Source of the DNA: Hyperthermus butylicus DSM 5456
GTDB lineage: Archaea > Thermoproteota > Thermoprotei_A > Sulfolobales > Pyrodictiaceae
DNA length: 32,000 nt
Reading direction: 5' to 3'
Assembly (NCBI RefSeq): GCF_000015145.1
Contig: NC_008818.1
Coordinates: 480,001 to 512,000, forward strand
The position numbers and the translations under genes were made by a program. Below the pieces are notes generated by a model. It was not told the DNA's origin. It worked only from the letters and a program-made list of their open reading frames with translations, and did not search any database. Positions 24,676-31,690 of the stretch are shown here, piece after piece. Positions within the stretch are counted from its first letter, which is position 1, and each line of letters opens with the position of its first letter.

Positions 24676-24702
24676 TATAATAGAGAGTTTAGAGCTTCCG
24701 GT

Positions 24703-24724
24703 ATGATATATCATTTGCTTTTTA
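24703..24724 (+). terminator. Perfect 12-bp palindrome ATGATATATCAT followed by a T5 run
   Basis: The palindrome lies at 24703-24714 and TTTTT at 24719-24723, about 30 nt after the stop of the DUF1641-like gene. Confidence 0.4.
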
Positions 24725-25099
24725 TCTCATCCTATCTGGGTAATTTTTCTCCAGTTCTGCAATCAAAATTGTAGACGCGTAGAGCAAGCTACAAGCTTTC
24801 CAATGTCTGCGTGGCGTTATGTGCTAGTGTGTACAAGGGCTGCTAGTTGATTAGACTTGTGAACTATTTCCTGGATTAGAGGTTTGGCTATCCCTCGCCC
24901 ACCTCGTAGCCTCTACAAGGCTCAGCTGGTCCATCAGTTAGAGGCTGTAGCCATCCACATTCACGATGCGAAAGATTTTAGTATTGACATGTCCCTAGGT
25001 TCATGCATGGTTTCCTCTTGGTGGTAGGGTGTTTTACGCTTCCAGGCCAGGCTTGATATAAAGTGTAATTTCGAGGTCTTTGATGTGGGCGTCATAGAG

Positions 25100-26296
25100 C
25101 TAGGATAGGCGGAGTAGTATTTCTCCAACTATCTTCTCAGCCTTCTCTGCAAGTTTTTCGAGGTGTTGTGCTGTCGTACGGAGTCTTTCTGCGAGTAGTA
25201 GCTCTAAGGCCTCGGTCTCGCTTAGCCCGCGGCTCTGTAGGTAGAATAGTTGTTCGCTTGAAATTCGGTACTGGGCTGCATGGTGACTTGCATGTTCTAC
25301 ATCCCCGGTATCTATCTCCATGAGAGGCATTGTGTAGCCCTGGGCGTGCTGGCCTAGTATTAGTACCTCGGCGTCAAAGCTTGCACTACTACCCCGTGCT
25401 GTCTCGCGGATGCTTGCTACTCCTCGTGCTGCAACAATGCTCTTGTCGAGTGCGAAGCTGTATAGCCTTACGCTGCTTCTGCTCCGGGGGCCCTGGTGTA
25501 TTATGTCCGCTATGTAGTCTAGCTTCTGGCTTCCAGCTGCTACTCCAGCGCCGCGGTGTACTAGACTAGCGCTTTTTGCTAATAGGATCTTCTCCTCTAT
25601 ACGATGCATGGCTGAGCCTAAGGCTATGGTGGCTGAGTGAAGCTGTGTGCCTTCCAGGACTAGGCGGCGCACAAGAAGCGCATGTACTGCAGCCTCCGGA
25701 GGCCTAACCACGGTTAGCAGTTCTAGGCTCGAGCCCTCGCCTGCAACAATCTCTACCGCGGTTGAGCCACTCCCGGCTGGCAGTATGTCGAGCTGCAGCG
25801 CAGCCTCTATACCAGGCTCAACAGCTACTACGAGGTGGCTACTACCCCAGACGCCGCCAGGCCCACAGACTGCTACACGGTAGACTCCAGGATCCCGTAC
25901 CTCGAGCACATAGGCCTCCTTTAGGAATGCATAGTGGGCGGCAGTAAGCCGCGTCTCATTAACCTGCAGCATTGAGGCAAAGATCCTGGCTAGCTCCCGG
26001 GGCGCCTCTTCTAGCCTATACACCCGTAGACCATTGGCTGGGGAGCTTGCAGTGCATGAGCCTACAGCTGCATCATAGCCTTCCGGCAAGCGTCTCTGCT
26101 CAGACGCTGTATCCTCGCCCCGACGGACTGCTGCGAGCTGCTTCTCAAACAGCATCCAGTCGGTATAGTACTTGATAGTAGGTGAGTCTGCTAGGTGTTG
26201 CCAGGGTAGCTTGTCAAGCAGCTCTCGGGCTCGACGCTTCACTGCGTCTAGGCTTCTCTCCACCTGTCCTACACTAGCCATGAATGCTCCCTCCAA
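25100..26296 (-). CDS. sufD: Fe-S cluster assembly protein SufD
   Basis: The ORF is directly downstream of sufB and has the C-terminal SufB/D block (EIDTGDVEHASHHAAQYRISSEQLFYLQSRGLSETEALELL). The track start is TTG 26296. The ATG at 26281 (MASVGQ...) is preceded by GGAGGGAG and is more likely. Confidence 0.85.
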   Translation of the reverse strand: MEGAFMASVGQVERSLDAVKRRARELLDKLPWQHLADSPTIKYYTDWMLFEKQLAAVRRGEDTASEQRRLPEGYDAAVGSCTASSPANGLRVYRLEEAPRELARIFASMLQVNETRLTAAHYAFLKEAYVLEVRDPGVYRVAVCGPGGVWGSSHLVVAVEPGIEAALQLDILPAGSGSTAVEIVAGEGSSLELLTVVRPPEAAVHALLVRRLVLEGTQLHSATIALGSAMHRIEEKILLAKSASLVHRGAGVAAGSQKLDYIADIIHQGPRSRSSVRLYSFALDKSIVAARGVASIRETARGSSASFDAEVLILGQHAQGYTMPLMEIDTGDVEHASHHAAQYRISSEQLFYLQSRGLSETEALELLLAERLRTTAQHLEKLAEKAEKIVGEILLRLS

Positions 26297-26311
26297 TCCG
26301 ATGTTTACGTG

Positions 26312-27802
26312 TTAGCCTAGGGCGCCGTACTCGCTAAACTCGAGTTCGATTACCTTGGAGAGTATGCCGAATAGTTCCATGGGCAGGGTCCGGAGCACGC
26401 TCTGGATGAAGCCGAGCACTATCATGGCCTTAGCCTCGCCCTCGCTTAGGCCGCGGCTAGCCATGTAGAATAGCTGGTCTTCACCTAGCCTGCCTACGCT
26501 AGCTTCGTGTGTAACCTCAGCAGTAGGCTCGTTGACCTCGTTTCGGGGGTAGGTGTAGGCTTTGCTACGCTCATCAAGTATCAGGCTATCACACTGCACG
26601 TGGCTCACACTGCGGTAAGCGCCGCGGTTTACCCGGACCAGGCCCCGGTAAATGGAGAGGCCGCCATTGCTGGATATGCTCTTCGAGATTATGATGCTTC
26701 GTGTATCGGGAGCGGCATGTATCACCTTGCCCCCTGTATCCTTTATGTAGGGGCCATTGGCTATGGCTACTGAGACGTTGCGTGTTGAGGCTCCACGGCC
26801 GCGGAGTATGGTTGTTGGGTATGTGTAGGTTATCTTGCTCCCAATGCTCCCCTCTAACCACTCTACATGTGCACCCTCTTCGGCTATGGCGCGCTTATTG
26901 TTGAAATTTATGACATTCCTACTCCAGTTCTGCACGGTGTAGAAGTGCACTCGGGCGCCACGGTGAGCATAGATCTCAACCATGCCGTCGTGGAAGCTAA
27001 ACTTCTTGAGCATCGGGGCGGCACAGCCTTCTATGAACTCTATGTAGCTGTTCTCGCCCGCTATGAGGAGTGTGTGCTCGAACTGGCCCTCCAGCTCGCT
27101 GCCTATGAAGAAGAAGGCCTCGATGGGCTGTGTGAGCCTGATACCAGGCGGTACGTAGACGAAAGCGCCGCCGCTCCACAATGCGTGGTGTAGTGCGGCA
27201 AACTTGTGGTCGGAGGCGGGAAAGACACGGCCAAAGTATTGTTTAACCAGGTCGGGGTAGCGTTGCACAGCCTCCTCCATTGGGAGCAGTATAACGCCCT
27301 TCTCCTGGAGCTCCTTCTTTGTCAAGTTGAGCACGGTTTCGCTGTCGAAGACAGCTGTGAGTCCCGATAGCATCCGCTTCACCGCTTCTTGGAGCCCCAG
27401 CTTCGTGTAGTACTCCTTTATCCAGCCTGGGAGATCCTCCCAGCTCTCCGCCTTCTCCGCCTTAGGCTTCACATAGGCCGCTATCTCCTCCAGGTCTATC
27501 TCCTCGATGCCAACAACCCAACGGGGCATGGGTAGTTTGTAGAATAGCTCTAGGGCGCGAAGCCGGAGACGACGCATCCAGTCAGGCTCCTTCTTGACCC
27601 GTGATATTTCCTCTACAAGGCTTCTCTCAATACGGCCCCGTATCTCTATCTCCTTCGGGTAGGGCTTCTGGAAGCCCAGCAGCTCCTCAACACTACGAGC
27701 CTCAAGCAACTCCCTCATGGGTGCGGGACGCACACCAGCCATGACATGCCACCCCTTTTTACGCCTTGTCCTCCATGTAGGCTCGATAGCCTTCCTGTTC
27801 AA
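26312..27802 (-). CDS. sufB: Fe-S cluster assembly protein SufB
   Basis: Canonical SufB blocks are present (HALWSGGAFVYVP, NSYIEFIEGCAAP, VTHEASVGRLGEDQLFYMASRGLSEGEAKAMIV). The likely start is ATG 27742 (MAGVRPAP...), preceded by AAGGGGTGG. The longer track ORF overlaps sufC. Confidence 0.95.
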   Translation of the reverse strand: MNRKAIEPTWRTRRKKGWHVMAGVRPAPMRELLEARSVEELLGFQKPYPKEIEIRGRIERSLVEEISRVKKEPDWMRRLRLRALELFYKLPMPRWVVGIEEIDLEEIAAYVKPKAEKAESWEDLPGWIKEYYTKLGLQEAVKRMLSGLTAVFDSETVLNLTKKELQEKGVILLPMEEAVQRYPDLVKQYFGRVFPASDHKFAALHHALWSGGAFVYVPPGIRLTQPIEAFFFIGSELEGQFEHTLLIAGENSYIEFIEGCAAPMLKKFSFHDGMVEIYAHRGARVHFYTVQNWSRNVINFNNKRAIAEEGAHVEWLEGSIGSKITYTYPTTILRGRGASTRNVSVAIANGPYIKDTGGKVIHAAPDTRSIIISKSISSNGGLSIYRGLVRVNRGAYRSVSHVQCDSLILDERSKAYTYPRNEVNEPTAEVTHEASVGRLGEDQLFYMASRGLSEGEAKAMIVLGFIQSVLRTLPMELFGILSKVIELEFSEYGALG

Positions 27803-28514
27803 TCCTCCTAGCCAGCTCTGGGCCGCCCTCGTCTACCACTCGGCCATTGACGAGTACCACTACGTGGCTAGGCTCGACAAACTGGAGAATCCTCGCATAG
27901 TGTGTTATCACGAGCACACCCGTCCCCTGCTCTACGAGTTCGCGGATAGCCTCTGCTATGACGCGGACACCGTCCACGTCAAGGCCGCTGTCCGGCTCGT
28001 CGAGGATAACGTAGCGGGGGCGGAGTAGGAGGAGCTGGAGCATCTCAGCTCTCTTCCGCTCGCCACCGCTAAAGCCCACGTTAACCTCTCTCTGCAGCAT
28101 CTCGGAGCGGAGTCCCAGCCTCTCAGCTAGCTCCCGAGCCTGCTTGTGTAGTTCGGGCCGTGGCATGCCTATAAGTCGCTCCTCGATGCCGAAACGCCGG
28201 TTATACGCAGCTGCGATGAAGCTGATTAGCCTGACACCAGGTATCTCGACAGGATTCTGGAAGCCAAGCATTAAGCCACGCCGAGCCCTCTCATGTGGAG
28301 GAAGGCTGGTGACGGGCTCACCGTCCAGTAGCACCTCTCCACTCTCAACACGATAGCGTGGATGCCCCATCAGTGTATAGGCTAGCGTAGTTTTACCACT
28401 ACCATTAGGGCCCATAAGCGCTATTATACTACCCTGAGGAACCTTGATATTTACCCCACGGAGGACGATTTTCCCTTCGGGACCCGCCACCAGATTCCTG
28501 GCCTCGAGCGCCAA
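27759..28514 (-). CDS. sufC: Fe-S cluster assembly ATPase SufC
   Basis: 251-aa ORF with Walker A GPNGSGKTT, the ABC signature FSGGERKR, and Walker B YVILDEPDSGLD. It heads the sufCBD gene order. The start is TTG. Confidence 0.95.
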   Translation of the reverse strand: MALEARNLVAGPEGKIVLRGVNIKVPQGSIIALMGPNGSGKTTLAYTLMGHPRYRVESGEVLLDGEPVTSLPPHERARRGLMLGFQNPVEIPGVRLISFIAAAYNRRFGIEERLIGMPRPELHKQARELAERLGLRSEMLQREVNVGFSGGERKRAEMLQLLLLRPRYVILDEPDSGLDVDGVRVIAEAIRELVEQGTGVLVITHYARILQFVEPSHVVVLVNGRVVDEGGPELARRIEQEGYRAYMEDKA

Positions 28515-28550
28515 ACAACAACCCTGTCTTTATCAGGCGTTAAATACCGG

Positions 28551-28558
28551 TTATAAAG
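28551..28558 (-). promoter_or_regulatory. TATA box (CTTTATAA on the minus strand) for sufCBD
   Basis: It lies about 40 nt upstream of the sufC start at 28514, a spacing consistent with a short leader. Confidence 0.35.
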
Positions 28559-28583
28559 ATGGCGACAGACCAAACTAGGCAGA

Positions 28584-28604
28584 AAACCAGCTAAAAGCTG
28601 GTTT
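28584..28604. promoter_or_regulatory. Perfect palindrome AAACCAGCT-aaa-AGCTGGTTT upstream of the suf promoter
   Basis: The 9-bp arms (28584-28592 / 28596-28604) were read directly from the sequence, about 30 bp upstream of the putative sufC TATA box. Confidence 0.3.
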
Positions 28605-28642
28605 AAGGTGGTGAAGGATGGAAGGAGAGACAAACGATGCTC

Positions 28643-28689
28643 TGGCTAGCGGCCGGATTCAACCCTGAGATCAGCGGCTTGGAAGACCC
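28643..28689 (-). pseudogene. tRNA-Gly(UCC) 3'-half-like fragment (anticodon loop to 3' end), degenerate; possible att remnant
   Basis: Hand alignment of 28651-28688 (GGCCGGATTCAACCCTGAGATCAGCGGCTTGGAAGACC) to 30659-30697 of the intact tRNA-Gly gene (GGCCGGGATTTGAACCCGGGATCACCGGCTTGGAAGGCC) gives 33 matches in 40 columns. The orientation is the same, and TGG also matches at the 3' CCA position. Similarity stops in the 5' strand of the anticodon stem. Confidence 0.55.
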
Positions 28690-28945
28690 ATGAGTATTTA
28701 AGCTAATGTTTTGCTGTTGAAACGTGTTACGTGAAACCTGCCTCGCAGAGCAGACTGTCAGCTGTTCTCTGACAAGATGCTTCTTAATGCAGAAATGATG
28801 GAACTTGTTGTGGAGAAAGGGAAGCGAGGCTAGGTTGTGCTTGCATGTGCCTCTTGGTTCTAGGCTCAAAATTAAAGTTTGCATCTTGGACGCTGAGTGC
28901 TTGCCGAGATCAGCAATATAGGGTGTGCCACACACAAGCTAAAAC

Positions 28946-30250
28946 TTGGGGTCCGCTATGGAGAGGTATCCAGTGCTGACAGCTGATGGTAAAGTGGAGG
29001 GCTACGTGATCTCTTCAGTGGAGTTTAGTGTTATCTTCGATTCACAAGGGAACGGGCGCTCTTTTATGTGGGTTGACACCGAGAGAGCAATTGAAGTAAC
29101 GCCATTCATTGACAAGGGAGTTCTAAGAATTGGAAATACAGTAATCGAGTACGCGAGGCTTGTCGAGGACATACCGTGGCCTCTAGTCTACGTCGCCAAG
29201 GACTTCGAGCGCTACGTTGAATGGGTGGCCGAGAGATATGGCAGCATGCTAAGGGGCAAGAGTATCGTGGTGAACTACAGCGGCGGCAAAGACAGCACCT
29301 CGGTCATGGCCGTGATGGCCGCCCTTAGGGAAAAGGTGGACTTTGAGCTTAGAGCCATATACAGCTATGTCCCGTACCTTGAGCCTCCACGCAACATAGA
29401 CTTCGTTGAACGTGCCTCCAAGGTTCTGGGTGTCGAGGTTGATATTGTCGAGGCTAACCGGGAGCTTATGAAGAAGAGGCTGCTGGAGGACGGCATGCCA
29501 TACAGGGGCAAGAGGTGGTGCACCTACATGAAGCTTAGGCCAATAAAGGATGCCAAGAAGCTGCGCCGCCAGGATGTCACAGCTGACGGCGATAGGCTGA
29601 CCGAGGCTCTGAAGAGATTTGCAAGGCTTTACCAAATGTCGCCGCAGAAGCCGAAACTCTACGATGGAGGGGGGAGGATAAGGCCGATATACGTGTGGAC
29701 GCTGCTAGACATCGCGGCAAACGTACGTAGGCTGGGCCTGGTGCATCCCGACTACTACGAAGGCCTGCCTAGGGTAGCATGCATGGTGTGTCCCTACAAG
29801 GCCCTCCATGAGTTCTCGGAGGAGCAGCTAGACCTCCTAGAAGATCCCGGACTCGTGGAGTCTGCTATTAGGAGGAGCTACGAGAAGTATTACGCCAGCA
29901 TGGGCATAGAGTGGGAGGAGTTCCGTAGCCAGCACCTGTGGCGCCACCACCCCATAGTTGCCAAGAAGCTTCTCGAAGCCAAGAAGGAGCTTGAAAAAAT
30001 AGCTGAGAAGGAGGGCCTAGAGACCGTTACCAAGGATAAGGTTGACGGAATGTTCAAGAGCCTATGGACGAACCCTCTGCCCGAGGCTCCAGAAATAGAC
30101 CCAGAAGAGTCGGTCAAGGTTATAGGCAGCGTGGTCGAGAAGGCCTACAAGCAAGCCCTGCAGTTGTCGAGAGAAGCAACAAAGATAGTCATGGCCGAGC
30201 GCGGGCTGACAATCGACGAGCCGATAGGCTGTGCATGCGGCAGCGTGTAG
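28946..30250 (+). CDS. PAPS reductase-family PP-loop ATP pyrophosphatase (function unknown)
   Basis: 434-aa ORF (ATG 28958 is an alternative start). It has the PP-loop NYSGGKDST, then GKRWCTYMKLRP, ADGDRLTE and IRPIYVWTLLDI...LPRVACMVCPY, which is the PF01507-type block order. It also has an N-terminal extension of about 100 aa, a long K/E-rich helical C-terminal region, and a terminal GCACGSV. Confidence 0.85.
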   Translation: MGSAMERYPVLTADGKVEGYVISSVEFSVIFDSQGNGRSFMWVDTERAIEVTPFIDKGVLRIGNTVIEYARLVEDIPWPLVYVAKDFERYVEWVAERYGSMLRGKSIVVNYSGGKDSTSVMAVMAALREKVDFELRAIYSYVPYLEPPRNIDFVERASKVLGVEVDIVEANRELMKKRLLEDGMPYRGKRWCTYMKLRPIKDAKKLRRQDVTADGDRLTEALKRFARLYQMSPQKPKLYDGGGRIRPIYVWTLLDIAANVRRLGLVHPDYYEGLPRVACMVCPYKALHEFSEEQLDLLEDPGLVESAIRRSYEKYYASMGIEWEEFRSQHLWRHHPIVAKKLLEAKKELEKIAEKEGLETVTKDKVDGMFKSLWTNPLPEAPEIDPEESVKVIGSVVEKAYKQALQLSREATKIVMAERGLTIDEPIGCACGSV

Positions 30251-30649
30251 CAACACGGTCAAAGCCGCTACCTCCCTCTCAAGCCTCGGCTTCCCAACTA
30301 GCTTGGCCGGATACCTGACCCGCTCCCCTACCGTTCACCCACTAATCCACCCTAAGTGGTAAGGTGGGCAAGGTAACCTTCCAGCTAGTCGCACCATAAG
30401 GTGATGAACAACTAACACCAAGGGTGTTCATAACAGCTTGTTTTCATGATTCTCGGCCGCGAAACGTAGGATGCATAGCCTCGTTTCATGGTCTATCTTG
30501 CCAAGGTCTTGCCGGAAATACCATTTCACAAGAGAAGCCTTGCTTGATAATCCTAGTGGAATTCGCACACACTTATGTTTCGCATCCACGCGTGGCACAT
30601 GAAAGAATATGAATGCTAAGAGAATTCGAAAGGAGAGGATGTGTGGAAT

Positions 30650-30728
30650 TGGTGCGGCGGCCGGGATTTGAACCCGGGATCACCGGCTTGGAAGGCCGGC
30701 GTCCTAGTCCAGGCTAGACGACCGCCGC
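30650..30728 (-). tRNA. tRNA-Gly (anticodon UCC), CCA encoded
   Basis: Hand-folded cloverleaf: acceptor GCGGCGG/CCGCCGC, anticodon stem CCGGC/GCCGG with loop CTTCCAA, T arm CCGGG-TTCAAAT-CCCGG, discriminator A, then CCA. Confidence 0.95.
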
Positions 30729-30915
30729 AACCGTGTTAGACGCTGAGTTTTAGGGTCCGGGTGTATTATTGGTTACTTGGCTGTGCTGACAAGAGGGTCT
30801 CCTTGACCGCCCTGCTGGGCGGGGTGAGGAGAGCCGGAAAAACTGAGCCGCATATACCTGGTCTGATTGTTGGTTAATGCTTAAGAGCCCCCTCCCGTAA
30901 GCTGTCTGTAATGGT

Positions 30916-30990
30916 GCCGCCGTAGCTCAGCGGGAGAGCGCCCGGCTGAAGACCGGGCGGTCCGGGGTTCGAATCCCCGCGGCGGCACCA
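30916..30990 (+). tRNA. tRNA-Phe (anticodon GAA), CCA encoded
   Basis: Hand-folded cloverleaf: acceptor GCCGCCG/CGGCGGC, D arm GCTC...GAGC, anticodon stem CCCGG/CCGGG with loop CTGAAGA, T arm CGGGG-TTCGAAT-CCCCG, A, then CCA. A TTAATGCTTAAG box lies about 30-40 nt upstream. Confidence 0.95.
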
Positions 30991-31066
30991 GCCCCATTCT
31001 CCGGTCCACTTCTCCTCCCTGTCTGCGGTGGCTTCTTAGCTAGGAGATTGGTGGTGTTTCTGCCGG

Positions 31067-31140
31067 GCTGCTGGTGATGAGGACTTGCCCTTCGCGAGCC
31101 TTGCGGGGGCTGTGACGGCTACCGTGGCGGCTGAGGCAGC
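31067..31140 (+). ncRNA. Candidate C/D box sRNA (2'-O-methylation guide)
   Basis: The C box GTGATGA (31074-31080) and D box CTGA (31131-31134) are flanked by a 5-bp terminal stem, GCTGC (31067-71) / GCAGC (31136-40). Internal D'-like GCGA (31094-97) and C'-like GTGACGG (31112-18) leave a 13-nt guide and an exactly 12-nt guide. The D guide (31120-31130) is complementary to the conserved 16S sequence CCGCCGCGGUA, with one G-U pair. Confidence 0.55.
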
Positions 31141-31212
31141 CTTAGACTTATAGAGGGGGGCTGGTGTTTCGGGCTGGCTGGGTGCTGGTATAGGGATGGC
31201 TATCTGCTGGGG

Positions 31213-31674
31213 GTGGTTGTGCTGAGCGAGCAGCAGTACCGTTACATTGTCCGGATACTCGGTACTGACATTCCGGGCGATCTGAAGGTACCCTATGGCC
31301 TAGCGCTGGTTAAGGGTATTGGTGTAAACCTAGCTTATGCTCTCTGCAGGCTTCTAGGTATTGATCCAAATAAGAGGATCGGATTTCTCACCGATGCCGA
31401 GATAGAGAAGATCGAGAAGGCAATGGCTAACCCATTAGCGATTGGTATCCCGGTATGGATGCTCAACAGGAGGAAGGACTACGAGACCGGTAAGGATCTA
31501 CATCTAGTGGGTGCTGACCTCATATATTACGTCAAGCGTGACATTGAGAGGGAGAAGAGGATAAGGAGCTGGAGGGGTATACGTCACGCTCTCGGCCTCA
31601 AGGTGCGTGGCCAGAGGACAGCCACAACTGGCCGTATTGGTATGACCATTGGTGTGAGGAAGGGCAAGAAGTAA
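31213..31674 (+). CDS. rps13: 30S ribosomal protein S13 (uS13)
   Basis: 153-aa ORF with YIVRILGTDIPGDLKVPYGLALVKGIGVNLAYALC..., WRGIRHALGLKVRGQRT and a basic tail, which is the canonical uS13 pattern. The start is GTG. Confidence 0.95.
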   Translation: MVVLSEQQYRYIVRILGTDIPGDLKVPYGLALVKGIGVNLAYALCRLLGIDPNKRIGFLTDAEIEKIEKAMANPLAIGIPVWMLNRRKDYETGKDLHLVGADLIYYVKRDIEREKRIRSWRGIRHALGLKVRGQRTATTGRIGMTIGVRKGKK

Positions 31675-31690
31675 TCTCGGGGTGTGAGCC

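Noticed and set aside
28603-28935. A 110-aa minus-strand ORF in the suf / PAPS-reductase spacer.
   Set aside because: The composition is not protein-like (MCGTPYIADLGKHSASKMQ...HHFCIKKH...). It runs through the tRNA-like fragment and A/T-rich promoter DNA, and I see no start context. It is most likely a chance ORF in decayed sequence.
30064-30612. ORFs 30064-30318 (84 aa) and 30424-30612 (62 aa) in and after the 3' end of the PAPS-reductase-like gene.
   Set aside because: The first is an Arg-rich alternative frame of the supported gene. The second lies in A/T-richer non-coding DNA with no start context or recognisable product.
28600-30720. Partitioned SSV-type integrase fragments (Int(N)/Int(C)) adjoining the two tRNA-Gly-derived repeats.
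   Set aside because: The frames through the repeats do encode PGFEPG-like peptides (AAGFNPE at 28649-28669; RRPGFEPG at 30655-30678), as in SSV-type int genes. They belong to ORFs of only 18 and 34 codons, though, and no longer integrase-like reading frame flanks either repeat. No integrase can therefore be claimed.
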